The translations under genes and the position numbers were made by a program. This document shows positions 30,180-39,438 of a stretch of DNA of 64,000 nucleotides, piece after piece. Source of the stretch: Bacteroidota bacterium (GTDB taxonomy: Bacteria; Bacteroidota; Bacteroidia; Palsa-965); assembly GCA_003153435.1 (NCBI GenBank), contig PLYR01000145.1, positions 20,034-84,033 on the forward strand, read 5' to 3'. The notes below the pieces were generated by a model. That model saw only the letters and a list, made by a program, of their open reading frames with translations. It was not told the origin of the DNA and did no database searches. Each line of letters starts with the position of its first letter. Within the stretch, counting starts at the first letter, position 1.

Positions 30180-30190
30180 AATATAGTATC

Positions 30191-31021
30191 ATGAAGAGCC
30201 CTCAAATCCTTGTCCCTACTGATTTCTCTGACTCATCTAATAACGCTGCGGAGTATGCATGGTCCCTTGCAAAGGTGATGAAAGCTTCATTGCTCCTTTA
30301 TCACGCCTATCACATCCCAATTCCGACCACAGAAATGCCAATGATGATCGTTTCCTTAGAGCAGCTGGAAAAGGAGAATATCGATCGCCTCCATTCTTAC
30401 CGTGCACAATTGAGAAAAAAATTGGGTAACGATATTACTATAGATTGCATTGCAAGTCCCGGTTTTGCAGTCGAAGAAATTGCAGCACTGGTGAAGGACA
30501 AACAAATTGATTTTGTGATTATGGGAATATCCGGAGCAGGAAAGATTTCCCAAGCTCTCCTGGGTAGTGTTACTACCGGAGTGTTGAATGAAGTAAAGGT
30601 GCCTTTGCTGATTGTTCCGGAAGGTGCGAAGTTCCGTCCACTGACTAAGGTTGGCCTTGCTTACGACTATCAGAGTGAGATCAGTCCCAAAATTGTGGCA
30701 GAACTTAAAGCGGTTACTGCCTTGTTTAAATCCAAGCTCTTTATTATTGATGTAGAATCTCCGAAAGAAAAAGTGAATATCTCCAAGGCTGTAAGCGGAA
30801 TCAAGCTTGAGCAGGCCCTTGAAAGTATAGAACATACCCTTCATTTTCCTAAGAACAGTGATATCGTAACAGGGCTTATTGAATTTGATGAAAATCACAA
30901 AGTGGATCTCCTCATCATGATTCCAAAGAGGCATTCTCTGCTGTCGAGAATCTTCAATGCGAGCAGCACCAAACGGATGGCTTTTCATTCTCATACTCCT
31001 ATACTGGCCCTCCACGAATAA
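30191..31021 (+). CDS. Universal stress protein with tandem UspA domains
   Basis: The start is at the ATG at 30191 (MKSPQILVPTDFSDSS). There are two Usp repeats with G..G(9x)G(S/T)-like ATP motifs (VIMGISGAG). The stop overlaps the next start by 1 nt. Confidence 0.65.
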   Translation: MKSPQILVPTDFSDSSNNAAEYAWSLAKVMKASLLLYHAYHIPIPTTEMPMMIVSLEQLEKENIDRLHSYRAQLRKKLGNDITIDCIASPGFAVEEIAALVKDKQIDFVIMGISGAGKISQALLGSVTTGVLNEVKVPLLIVPEGAKFRPLTKVGLAYDYQSEISPKIVAELKAVTALFKSKLFIIDVESPKEKVNISKAVSGIKLEQALESIEHTLHFPKNSDIVTGLIEFDENHKVDLLIMIPKRHSLLSRIFNASSTKRMAFHSHTPILALHE

Positions 31022-32286
31022 TGGCGGTCATAAAAAGTAAGGAGAAAAAAGTGTGGAGTTTCACTAGGTTCTGGAAATCACTCGGTCCAGGATTAGTTAC
31101 CGGGGCCAGTGATGACGATCCTTCTGGTATCGCCACATATTCTCAGGCTGGAGCGGCTTTTGGCCTGTCTACACTTTGGACTGCTCTGATCACCTTTCCA
31201 TTGATGGCAGCTATTCAGGGTATGTGCGCCAGAATTGGTTTGGTTACTTCCAATGGCCTTACCTATACCTTAAAGAAGCACTATTCGAAACCCCTGCTGT
31301 ATGTCATGGTCCTTATTTCCCTCCCTGCTATTATCCTTAACATCGGGGCAGATATTGCAGGAATGGGTGCTGTTGCCAATCTGCTAGTTCCTTCTGTACC
31401 CGCTATTGTATTTGCTCTTTTGCTGGTATTCTTTCTGATCGTCAGCCTTATTTATTTTCCTTATCGAAAAATTGCCGCTGTTCTCAAATGGCTTTGCCTG
31501 ACTCTGCTGCTTTATGCAATCGTGCCTTTTCTGGTCAAGAACGACTGGTGGGAAGTGGCGAAAGCCTCCGTCATTCCTCAAATCCACTTTTCAAAAACAT
31601 ACCTCACCATCCTGGTTGGGATTCTTGGAACCACTATTTCTCCCTATCTCTTTTTCTGGCAGGCTTCCATGGAAAAGGAGGATCAGGAAAGTAAGAAAAG
31701 AACTATCATGGTAGGCTCCAAAGACCTTAGTGAAATGAAGGTTGATGTGAATGTCGGCATGTTTTTTTCAAACATTGTGATGTACTTTATTATCCTTACC
31801 ACTGGAAGTGTTCTTTTCAGAAACGGAGTCACCAATATCAATACTGTGCAGGAAGCGGCATCTGCCTTAAAACCTCTGGCAGGAAATTCAGCGTATCTTC
31901 TTTTTGCAATTGGAGTGATCGGAACAGGTTTTCTGGCTATTCCCGTACTGGCAGGTTCAGCATCTTATATCCTTTCAGAAACTCTGGGTTGGAAAGAAGG
32001 TCTGAATAAAAAGTGGAGTGAAGCCAAAGGCTTTTATTTAATTATAGCAGTTTCAATTATTATCGGCTTCCTGATAAACCTTCTGAACATAAATCCCATC
32101 AAAGCTCTTCTCTTCACTGCTGTTGCCTATGGTATTACCGCACCTGTGTTGATAGGTATGATCCTGCATATCTGCAACAATAAGAAGATTATGGGGGAAC
32201 ATACCAATACCCGGCTTTCCAATGTGCTGGGCTGGTTTGCCTTATTGCTGATGGCATTTGCGGCAGTGGCTTTGTTTATTATCTGA
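31021..32286 (+). CDS. NRAMP-family divalent metal (Mn2+/Fe2+) transporter
   Basis: It has GPGLVTGASDDDPSGIATYSQAGA, the NRAMP DPGN-type motif region. It has about 11 TM segments and is 421 aa. Confidence 0.75.
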   Translation: MAVIKSKEKKVWSFTRFWKSLGPGLVTGASDDDPSGIATYSQAGAAFGLSTLWTALITFPLMAAIQGMCARIGLVTSNGLTYTLKKHYSKPLLYVMVLISLPAIILNIGADIAGMGAVANLLVPSVPAIVFALLLVFFLIVSLIYFPYRKIAAVLKWLCLTLLLYAIVPFLVKNDWWEVAKASVIPQIHFSKTYLTILVGILGTTISPYLFFWQASMEKEDQESKKRTIMVGSKDLSEMKVDVNVGMFFSNIVMYFIILTTGSVLFRNGVTNINTVQEAASALKPLAGNSAYLLFAIGVIGTGFLAIPVLAGSASYILSETLGWKEGLNKKWSEAKGFYLIIAVSIIIGFLINLLNINPIKALLFTAVAYGITAPVLIGMILHICNNKKIMGEHTNTRLSNVLGWFALLLMAFAAVALFII

Positions 32287-32333
32287 AGAAGATTCAATTA
32301 TCCGCGGTTATTGACAATTGTTATTTTATGCAT

Positions 32334-33425
32334 TCATGGATTAGCCGTCTGAAATGGAATTGTAAAGTAAAGGGTACTACCAAAACCTATTCGGCTCTCC
32401 ACCCAGATCCTGCCACGAGCCTTCTCGACAATTTTCCTCACTATGGAAAGGCCCACTCCTGTACTTTCCACATCTTTCCGGTGGTGGGCCTTCACAAAGA
32501 CGTCAAATATTTTTTCAAAATAGCGTTCTTCTATCCCCATTCCGTTATCCTCTACAAAGAACATCCATTCATTCCCTTTCTTGTCCCACCCAATCTTTAT
32601 TACTCCATCCGGTTTGTCCATGAATTTTACGGCATTCCCAATCAGGTTTTCAAAAACCTCTCTAAGGTGCGTCTTATTGAAAAGCACAGTTGGAAACCGT
32701 TCGGATAAAATGAATTTGATCTTAATCCTGCTGGTATAGCGCTTTGCAATTTCATCCAGCAAATCATTTAAGTTAATCGTTTCAGCCTCCTCCTGGTTGT
32801 TCCCCACCCTGAAATACTCCAGGAGGTCAACGATAAGTGCATTCATGTAGTTGGCTTCCTTTTGTGCTAAATGAAACAGGGTTATAAATTCTTCATCCAT
32901 TTGAGCGGAATATTTTGCAAGACTCAGGTCAAGCACGCCTTTGATTCCATTCAAAGGGTTTTTGAGATCATGAGCTGCAACCCTGGTCAACATTTCCAAT
33001 TCCTTGTTGGCTCTTTCAAGATCCTCCACCAATTGCTTAAGCTGCTCCTCATACCTGATTCGTTCGGTGATATCCTTACCGGATGAGACAAAATGAGTGA
33101 TCTCCCCGGTATCATCACATACCGGAGTAATAGTCTTTTCTTCGAAATAGATCTCTCCGTTCTTTTTTTTGTTACAAACTACTGCGCGAAAGGGTTTCTT
33201 GGCTAGGATCGTCTCCCACATACCTCGGTAGTAATCTTTAGTAGCCCTGCCTGACTGAAGGAATCGTGGATTCTTCCCTAATACCTCCTCAGAAGTATAT
33301 CCTGTTATGGTCTCAAAAGCAGGATTTACGTAGGTTATAGCTCCATCTTTGGTTGTAAAAAATATATTATCGGAGGTGATCTTAATCGCAGAGTCAAACC
33401 CAATGGGGACTGTACTGATATTCAT
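32334..33425 (-). CDS. PAS-domain sensor histidine kinase (cytoplasmic)
   Basis: The PAS motifs are ITYVNPAFETITGY, EEVLGKNPRFLQS. The HisKA H-box is AAHDLKNPLNGI. The HATPase_c boxes N (LIGNAVKF) and G1/G2 (DNGMGI, GVGLSI) are present. Confidence 0.75.
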   Translation of the reverse strand: MNISTVPIGFDSAIKITSDNIFFTTKDGAITYVNPAFETITGYTSEEVLGKNPRFLQSGRATKDYYRGMWETILAKKPFRAVVCNKKKNGEIYFEEKTITPVCDDTGEITHFVSSGKDITERIRYEEQLKQLVEDLERANKELEMLTRVAAHDLKNPLNGIKGVLDLSLAKYSAQMDEEFITLFHLAQKEANYMNALIVDLLEYFRVGNNQEEAETINLNDLLDEIAKRYTSRIKIKFILSERFPTVLFNKTHLREVFENLIGNAVKFMDKPDGVIKIGWDKKGNEWMFFVEDNGMGIEERYFEKIFDVFVKAHHRKDVESTGVGLSIVRKIVEKARGRIWVESRIGFGSTLYFTIPFQTANP

Positions 33426-33466
33426 TTTCTTGTTGTTTATAAAAATGAAAAGTCAGAAACACACAC

Positions 33467-34009
33467 CTATTTTCGAACGCTTGACATCAATTTTAGCGTT
33501 GAACAAAGAACATAGATTACTACAACCATAAATATTAGGGCTGCAAACAAAAGGTATTCAGACATGCTGAACTGATTCAAAATGGAAGCGCTCTGGATTT
33601 TTGGTTCAGCCGAATTTATTGAAGCAGAGCTTACGGGTGTCTCCGTAGGGACGGGCTTAACGGCTTGTGCTGCACCTTCTACCTGAATGAAAGCCAATAC
33701 AGATTTTATCTCTGAATCCTTCAAAGGCTGGTCGGTCATTGGCATTCCATTGTTTTCATTGAATAGACGTACAGCTTCCGGATCACCTGCCTGAACCATC
33801 TTCTGGGATGATTTTATCCATTTTAATGACCAGCTCTCCGGATGCCGGTCATTCACTCCTAAAAGATCCGGACCAACCAATTTGCCTTTGCCGATGGTGT
33901 GACAAGCTCCGCAATTGGCTTTGAATAAAGTTCCTCCATCCTGTCCGGATGAAAGCTGGGCGTAATGCAGAAGGAAAATTGTTGCGATAAATGTGAGTTT
34001 GGTTTTCAT
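33467..34009 (-). CDS. Class I c-type cytochrome with a C-terminal membrane anchor
   Basis: It has a signal peptide. The haem-binding motif is CGACH, and a Met-rich distal region (NGMPM) follows. The C-terminus has a hydrophobic helix (YLLFAALIFMVVVIYVL). Confidence 0.65.
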   Translation of the reverse strand: MKTKLTFIATIFLLHYAQLSSGQDGGTLFKANCGACHTIGKGKLVGPDLLGVNDRHPESWSLKWIKSSQKMVQAGDPEAVRLFNENNGMPMTDQPLKDSEIKSVLAFIQVEGAAQAVKPVPTETPVSSASINSAEPKIQSASILNQFSMSEYLLFAALIFMVVVIYVLCSTLKLMSSVRK

Positions 34010-34153
34010 ACTTGTGTTGATTTAATATGTCTCGAAAGTATTGTGAATACGCAGGGTCGGGAATGACATTTGGCAGATCCCGGGATGATAATTATCAGTG
34101 ATTCGCATTTTAGGGTCTTAAGCCTCCCGAGGTGACATGAATCATGCTCCCAT

Positions 34154-34166
34154 TTGACGTTGATCA
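34154..34166. promoter_or_regulatory. Candidate FNR-type box TTGAC-GTTG-ATCA
   Basis: It matches TTGAT-N4-ATCAA at 8 of 10 positions. It lies in the 360-bp divergent intergenic region between the anchored cytochrome c gene and the porin-like gene. Confidence 0.25.
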
Positions 34167-34368
34167 TTAAGGTAAGACTTGGTTCGGTGCATATTTGTGC
34201 AATCTTAATTCCGAACAATACCAAAACCAAGCAAGATGAAAAAGACAAGAAAAGTTCACTTATCTGGAAGATTACCAACGGACGGCCTCCCAGGGTTGGA
34301 TATACCAAAGTATACAGTGGTTAACGGAAATAAATTGTCAATCAATTAACGAGTTAAAAGTCAAAAAA

Positions 34369-35595
34369 ATGAAAACAGGATACAAAGCACAAACGATGAT
34401 CGTCTTAGGTGGATTGCTGCTACAATCATTATGCACCATTCCCCTTCATGCACAATCAGATTCAACCGGAACGGCTCCAAGTGAAATCCCCAACAAAGCC
34501 AAAGGGGGAGGTACGAAATTTCTTTTGGCAGGAAAAGCGCAGCAGTCGTGGACAAATACCAAAGTAGATGGAAGTCCTAATTCTCATACCTTCTATCCGG
34601 ATGCATTAATGCTGATGCCTTTGGTAAAGTTGAACGATCGGCTCTTTTTAGATGCACAAATCGAGGTGGACCCCAACACTACCGGAGGGGCGGCCATCAA
34701 TCTGAACGAAATGATCGTGTATTTCCGTGCCACCAATTGCCTAAATATCTTCGCCGGAGATTTCAGTCCGAAGTACGGAATGTACATGGGTGTTTTGGAT
34801 GATTTTACAAACCGTTATGCTACTAACCCGATAGGAATGAACAGGGGGCCTGGTACTCAAACAGGAATCGGGGTTCAAGGAGGCATTCAAGCAGGGACCA
34901 CAAAGCTAAATTACCAGTTCTATCTTGCTAATGGTCCTCAGTTATTGGTTGACAGCACGACCCAGGGTAATTCTAACCCAACGGGGCAGCTTAGTTATGG
35001 AAATTACGCGGATAACAACAACAACAAAGCAATTGGAGGATCTATCGGTTTTCTTCCATTATCCAACTCCAATCTGCAGATTGATATATCTGGACAAGTA
35101 GCCGCTAAAACGGGAAATCTGGGAACGATGTATGAAAATGTAAGCAGCACCTCCTGGGCAGCGGATCTTAACTATTATCACTTGTTTAATCCTCTTATGG
35201 TCAGGGTACAAGCTGAATATAACAGCACCGTTACCCAAAATAAGACCTATCCCTGGAAGTCAACGGCAGACAGCACTAAATCACTGGTTCCTGCATTTAA
35301 CAATCAACTCAGTGGCTGGTTTGTGGGTGCCACACTTCGTCTTGCAGGTGTAAAAAGTGTCATCCTTAGCAATTTTGAATTAGGAGCACGGGTTGGTGGG
35401 TATACCCCTCCACAGTATACAGGACTTGGAACTACTCCTGCCGTGTGGGGTGAGAATCCGGAACAGCAAACCACTATATGTCTTACCTATTGGTTCACCT
35501 GGAAAACGCCGCTCAACTTTGCTTATGATGTATTGAAAACAACCGGCGGACCTACGATAACCACCTACACTGCACGATTAATTTATTTCTTCTAA
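34369..35595 (+). CDS. Outer-membrane beta-barrel (porin-like) protein
   Basis: It has a signal peptide. Amphipathic beta-strand periodicity runs throughout. The C-terminus ends ...ARLIYFF with a terminal Phe. A small cytochrome c gene follows after 20 bp. Confidence 0.45.
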   Translation: MKTGYKAQTMIVLGGLLLQSLCTIPLHAQSDSTGTAPSEIPNKAKGGGTKFLLAGKAQQSWTNTKVDGSPNSHTFYPDALMLMPLVKLNDRLFLDAQIEVDPNTTGGAAINLNEMIVYFRATNCLNIFAGDFSPKYGMYMGVLDDFTNRYATNPIGMNRGPGTQTGIGVQGGIQAGTTKLNYQFYLANGPQLLVDSTTQGNSNPTGQLSYGNYADNNNNKAIGGSIGFLPLSNSNLQIDISGQVAAKTGNLGTMYENVSSTSWAADLNYYHLFNPLMVRVQAEYNSTVTQNKTYPWKSTADSTKSLVPAFNNQLSGWFVGATLRLAGVKSVILSNFELGARVGGYTPPQYTGLGTTPAVWGENPEQQTTICLTYWFTWKTPLNFAYDVLKTTGGPTITTYTARLIYFF

Positions 35596-35615
35596 CCCTC
35601 CATAAAAACATACTT

Positions 35616-35900
35616 ATGAAAAATATCAGAGTTCCGAAAACATTCACAATTATCATGATACTTTCAATCACGATCGTCTCTTTTGTAATGATGGATGGTT
35701 GCAAAGTTCCTGAATCTATAACCAGCAAGTCTGGCGCTCAATTGTGGGGCGAGAACTGTATCCGTTGTCACAACTCACCTGATCCAAAAGGATACAGCGA
35801 CGATCAGTGGGATGCTGCTGCAGAGCATATGCGCCAAAAAGCGATTTTAACAAATCTGGAAATAACCAAAATCAGGGATTTCCTGAAGTCTGCGAATTAA
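35616..35900 (+). CDS. Small lipoprotein with a CxxCH motif (mini cytochrome c). It is a paralogue of the gene at 10451-10738.
   Basis: The lipobox is ...VMMDGC. The haem motif is W.ENCIRCHN. The motif order W-x2-C-x2-CHN...W...M..K...L..YL is shared with the 10451-10738 protein. Confidence 0.5.
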   Translation: MKNIRVPKTFTIIMILSITIVSFVMMDGCKVPESITSKSGAQLWGENCIRCHNSPDPKGYSDDQWDAAAEHMRQKAILTNLEITKIRDFLKSAN

Positions 35901-35949
35901 AAGGTATTGTTATTGCGTATCGAGATTAAACTTTAAGATTCAGACCGAG

Positions 35950-35985
35950 CGGTTGAATAGTGCTATCACAGGCAATATTCAACCG
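35950..35985. terminator. Stem-loop (10-bp stem, 16-nt loop) followed by a T-tract. It is a candidate terminator for the small cytochrome c operon.
   Basis: The sequence is CGGTTGAATA...TATTCAACCG followed by CAATAGTTTT. Confidence 0.35.
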
Positions 35986-36007
35986 CAATAGTTTTAAAGA
36001 TCTTCAC

Positions 36008-36050
36008 AAAAGGGGAGGTGAACATACAGCGTCTCACCTCCCTTTTCATT
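36008..36050. terminator. Rho-independent terminator, usable in both directions
   Basis: The sequence is AAAGGGGAGGTGA-(loop)-TCACCTCCCTTTT. It lies between convergent genes (35616-35900 on + and 36196-37596 on -). Confidence 0.65.
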
Positions 36051-36195
36051 TGATAGTCGAAAGGTGTTATTTGTTCCCTGTTTCCAATTTTCGGGACAAG
36101 GTTAAAGCTCCAATAAGGAATGGTGGGGTATAGGTTTATTTTAGACCCGGAACATGGTATGTAGTGAAGAGAGTGGATGAGATCGAGTCTCAATC

Positions 36196-37596
36196 CTATT
36201 TGATAATTCTGGACTTGCTTTCAATTGTTTCCACTAAAGATGGCATTTCCTTCTTTACCTGGGCTATTCCACCTCTCACGTTAGCAACATTCGTAAATCC
36301 TTTTCCTTTTAGTATAGAGGCGGCAATCATCGACCGGTACCCTCCCGCACAATAGATAAGATATTTGGATGCGGAATTGAGTTGGGCTAGCTGCTGTGGC
36401 AATACCTCAAGCGGAATATTAAGCGAGTGCTTTATTCTATTTTCTGATGCCTCTGCGGCGGTCCTTACATCCAACGGTATGTAACCCTCATCCAAGTAGA
36501 GTTCAAGTTGATGTTCGGAGATCGTTTCAACATGGTCGAGGGTATATTGTGCTTTAATCCAACCCATCAGATTATCTTTCTGATATCCTTTAACATTATC
36601 AAATCCAATTCTTGCCAGCCGTATAACTGCATCCCGTTCTTTCTGTTCATTTACAACCAGTACAATTGGTTTGTCGGCAGGAATCAGGTTCCCTACCCAT
36701 ACGGCAAAAGCACCATCGAGTCCGATGTTCAATGATCCTTTGATGAAACCAATACCAAATTCCGTAGAGTTTCTAACATCCAGAACCACAGCCCCTTTAT
36801 TCATTTCTGCACGAAAGTCCTCCAAATTCAGAGGCATTATCGCTTTTTGAATCACAGTTTCAAGCATTTCATAACCATTTTTATTAGCATTTACATCATG
36901 AGAGAAATAAGGAGGAGGTGCAGGCAAATCTTCAATAACCTTTTTAATAAACAGTTCTCTGTTCATCGGTTGCAGTGCGTAATTTTTGTTCTTCTGCACG
37001 CCGACAGTCGACCAAGTTTCTTTCCCTAGACTTTTCCCGCATGCTGAACCAGCCCCATGACCGGGGTATATGATCACACTATCGGGCAACCCGCTTATCA
37101 ATTTGTTTAGAGAATCGTAAAGCATGGAAGCCAATGCTTCTTTTCCAAGGTTTCCGCTTCCCAGATCAGGTCGGCCGACATCCCCGACAAAAAGGGTATC
37201 TCCCGTAAATACTACGTATGGATGATCTTCCTCATTATAAGCCAGAAAACAAGATGACTCCAAGGTGTGCCCAGGAGTGTGAATCAGTTTAATTTTTATT
37301 TTTCCAAGATTAACGGTATTTCCATCCTTCGCCACCATAGCTTTGAAAGCGGGCTTAGCAGTAGGGCCAAAAATGATGACGGCACCGGTTTTTTCTGCCA
37401 GTTCCAGATGGCCGGAAACAAAGTCAGCATGAAAATGAGTTTCAAGCACGTATTGAATAGTTGCGTTTCTTTCCTTAGCCAACTTTAAGTAGACCTCCGT
37501 ATCTCGTATAGGATCAATAACAGCAGCGACCCCTTGAGATTCTATGAAATAGGAGGCTTGAGAAATGGAGGACGTATATATTTGCTTGATGTACAT
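36196..37596 (-). CDS. Persulfide dioxygenase-rhodanese fusion (ETHE1-like MBL-fold hydrolase plus two rhodanese domains, CstB/PRF type)
   Basis: The MBL motif is ETHFHADFVSG. Two rhodanese modules follow. The second carries the catalytic Cys loop (LIYCAGGYRS). Confidence 0.7.
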   Translation of the reverse strand: MYIKQIYTSSISQASYFIESQGVAAVIDPIRDTEVYLKLAKERNATIQYVLETHFHADFVSGHLELAEKTGAVIIFGPTAKPAFKAMVAKDGNTVNLGKIKIKLIHTPGHTLESSCFLAYNEEDHPYVVFTGDTLFVGDVGRPDLGSGNLGKEALASMLYDSLNKLISGLPDSVIIYPGHGAGSACGKSLGKETWSTVGVQKNKNYALQPMNRELFIKKVIEDLPAPPPYFSHDVNANKNGYEMLETVIQKAIMPLNLEDFRAEMNKGAVVLDVRNSTEFGIGFIKGSLNIGLDGAFAVWVGNLIPADKPIVLVVNEQKERDAVIRLARIGFDNVKGYQKDNLMGWIKAQYTLDHVETISEHQLELYLDEGYIPLDVRTAAEASENRIKHSLNIPLEVLPQQLAQLNSASKYLIYCAGGYRSMIAASILKGKGFTNVANVRGGIAQVKKEMPSLVETIESKSRIIK

Positions 37597-37624
37597 TCTA
37601 TATTGTAATTGGTTTTTTATGCTG

Positions 37625-37855
37625 TTAAGCCGCCTCTTTGCGGTTCTGATCTTTTGCCGTTTCGACAGTCATTTCAACTTTCTTCTTACTATCACCTGAA
37701 AGAAGCGCCCCAAATATTGCACAACCAACTAACGTCAAAAGGAAGTAGATAAGACTCAAGTGAAACGATTCCGGTTGATTGACATAAGCAAGTCGAAAAG
37801 GAAACAAAATGGTCAAAACAATGATGATGAAGGCGGCAATTTTACGTGGTGTCAT
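37625..37855 (-). CDS. Small two-TM membrane protein, probably co-transcribed with the persulfide dioxygenase gene
   Basis: It is 76 aa with two hydrophobic helices. It lies 28 bp upstream of the PDO-rhodanese gene on the same strand. Confidence 0.4.
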   Translation of the reverse strand: MTPRKIAAFIIIVLTILFPFRLAYVNQPESFHLSLIYFLLTLVGCAIFGALLSGDSKKKVEMTVETAKDQNRKEAA

Positions 37856-37876
37856 AATTTTAAGTTTTGAGGGTGA

Positions 37877-37891
37877 ATTGATATGACATCA
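37877..37891. promoter_or_regulatory. CRP/FNR-like inverted repeat TTGAT-ATGAC-ATCAA with a 5-nt spacer
   Basis: The 5-bp arms are perfect. It lies 22 bp upstream of the start codon of 37625-37855. It also lies in the upstream region of the divergent HK/REC-CRP pair. Confidence 0.3.
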
Positions 37892-38142
37892 AAAGTAAAT
37901 GACCTCCTGTTTGTCATGAATGACTTTTGTCAGGCATTGAGGTGAGCTTTGGTCCCAGGTGGTAAATTCCCTGTAGCCAGTTAGAATATGCATAATTCAG
38001 GGTGTAATTAAAGAAAATGTATTTGAGGCAAGAGCCTCTGATAATCAGGCCAAAGGGCCATATATGTCACCCCTGGACATGATAAAAGTCAGTATTTAAG
38101 AACGGGAAAGCTCTCATTTTTGCTAAGTCACTGATATCCATA

Positions 38143-39414
38143 ATGCAACACGTATCACTCTTATTCCATAAATTAGCTGGTAAAATAGACCAGTATATGA
38201 TCAAGAATCTTGAAAGTAATGACATTTTCAAAATATTGTTCGATTCAGCCGGAGAAGGCTTAGTGCTTGCAGACAAGAAAGGAACGATGTTGATGGTCAA
38301 TACCAGGATGGAGGAGATGTTTGGATATGGAAAGGATGAGCTTATCGGTCAACAAGTAGAAGTTTTGATTCCCGAATCTCTTCATTCCCGGCACACTGCC
38401 CATCGGGAAAACTATAATAAACAGCCCAAAAAACGTTCAATGGGTGAAGGCATGGATCTGGTCGGCTGCCGGAAAGACAAAACGACATTACCGATAGAGA
38501 TCAGCCTTAACTATTTCTATTCCGGAGATGAAATGGTTGTGATGGGACTTGTCACCGATATTACCGAAAGAAAAAATACTCAAACACAATTGCTCCAGTT
38601 GAATACGGATCTTGAACAAAGAGTAACGGAACGGACCCAAATGCTAGCCGGTGCCATCAAGGAGTTGGAATATTCAAATAAAAGTCTGGAGAAAGCAGAA
38701 GAAGACCTGAAAAAAGCCCTGGAAGTTGAAAAAGAATTGGGTGAGCTGAAATCCCGATTTGTGTCTACCGCTTCCCATGAATTCCGGACTCCCCTCGCAA
38801 CGATTTTATCATCCGTTTCTCTGATTGCCAGATACGACAAACCAGAAGATAACGAAAAACGACAAAGGCATATTGAGCAGATTAAATTATCGGTAAGTGA
38901 ACTTCGGGAGATCTTAGATGATTTCCTCTCATTGAGTAAACTGGAGGAAGGCAAGATGAGAAATTCCCCGGATACTTTTGAGCTGACCGCTTTTTGCAAA
39001 AATATTGCTGGCGAAATGCAGATGCATGCAAAGTCAGATCAAAAAATTGAATACGTGCATGAAGGTCCAACGGAGATCCATCTCGACCATCAATTACTCA
39101 AAAATGTATTGGTCAATCTGCTTTCCAATGCCATTAAGTTCTCCGGAGAAGGATTGGAAATAACTATAACTTCGATTGTAAAAAATGGAATGCTTGAGAT
39201 TGCAGTGAAGGATAAGGGGCTCGGTATGTCAACGGAAGACCAAAAGCATTTATTTGAGCGTTTCTTCCGGGGGAAAAATGTAGCCGCGATCCAGGGAACT
39301 GGCCTGGGCCTCAATATTGTAAAAAAGTATGTGGAGTTGATGGAAGGCGAAATAAACTTTCAAAGCGAAATTAACAAAGGAACTACCTTTACAGTGTCAT
39401 TTAAATTAGCCTAA
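38143..39414 (+). CDS. PAS-domain sensor histidine kinase (cytoplasmic)
   Basis: It has a PAS domain (GTMLMVNTRMEEMFGYGKDELIGQ), a coiled-coil linker and an H-box (ASHEFRTPLATI). The HATPase_c N/G boxes are present. A REC-CRP regulator gene follows after 24 bp. Confidence 0.75.
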   Translation: MQHVSLLFHKLAGKIDQYMIKNLESNDIFKILFDSAGEGLVLADKKGTMLMVNTRMEEMFGYGKDELIGQQVEVLIPESLHSRHTAHRENYNKQPKKRSMGEGMDLVGCRKDKTTLPIEISLNYFYSGDEMVVMGLVTDITERKNTQTQLLQLNTDLEQRVTERTQMLAGAIKELEYSNKSLEKAEEDLKKALEVEKELGELKSRFVSTASHEFRTPLATILSSVSLIARYDKPEDNEKRQRHIEQIKLSVSELREILDDFLSLSKLEEGKMRNSPDTFELTAFCKNIAGEMQMHAKSDQKIEYVHEGPTEIHLDHQLLKNVLVNLLSNAIKFSGEGLEITITSIVKNGMLEIAVKDKGLGMSTEDQKHLFERFFRGKNVAAIQGTGLGLNIVKKYVELMEGEINFQSEINKGTTFTVSFKLA

Positions 39415-39438
39415 TAAAAACCTAATAATTCTAAACAC

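Noticed and set aside
30140-30190. Longer start (MVHHTIYTTF...) for the universal stress protein
   Set aside because: The upstream 17 codons overlap the DoxX gene end and intergenic sequence. The canonical Usp N-terminus begins at MKSPQILVPTDFS (ATG 30191).
34006-34308. 100-aa minus-strand ORF in the divergent intergenic region between the cytochrome c gene and the porin-like gene
   Set aside because: It overlaps the cytochrome c start codon region. It has no motifs. It lies in a likely promoter region containing a candidate FNR box.
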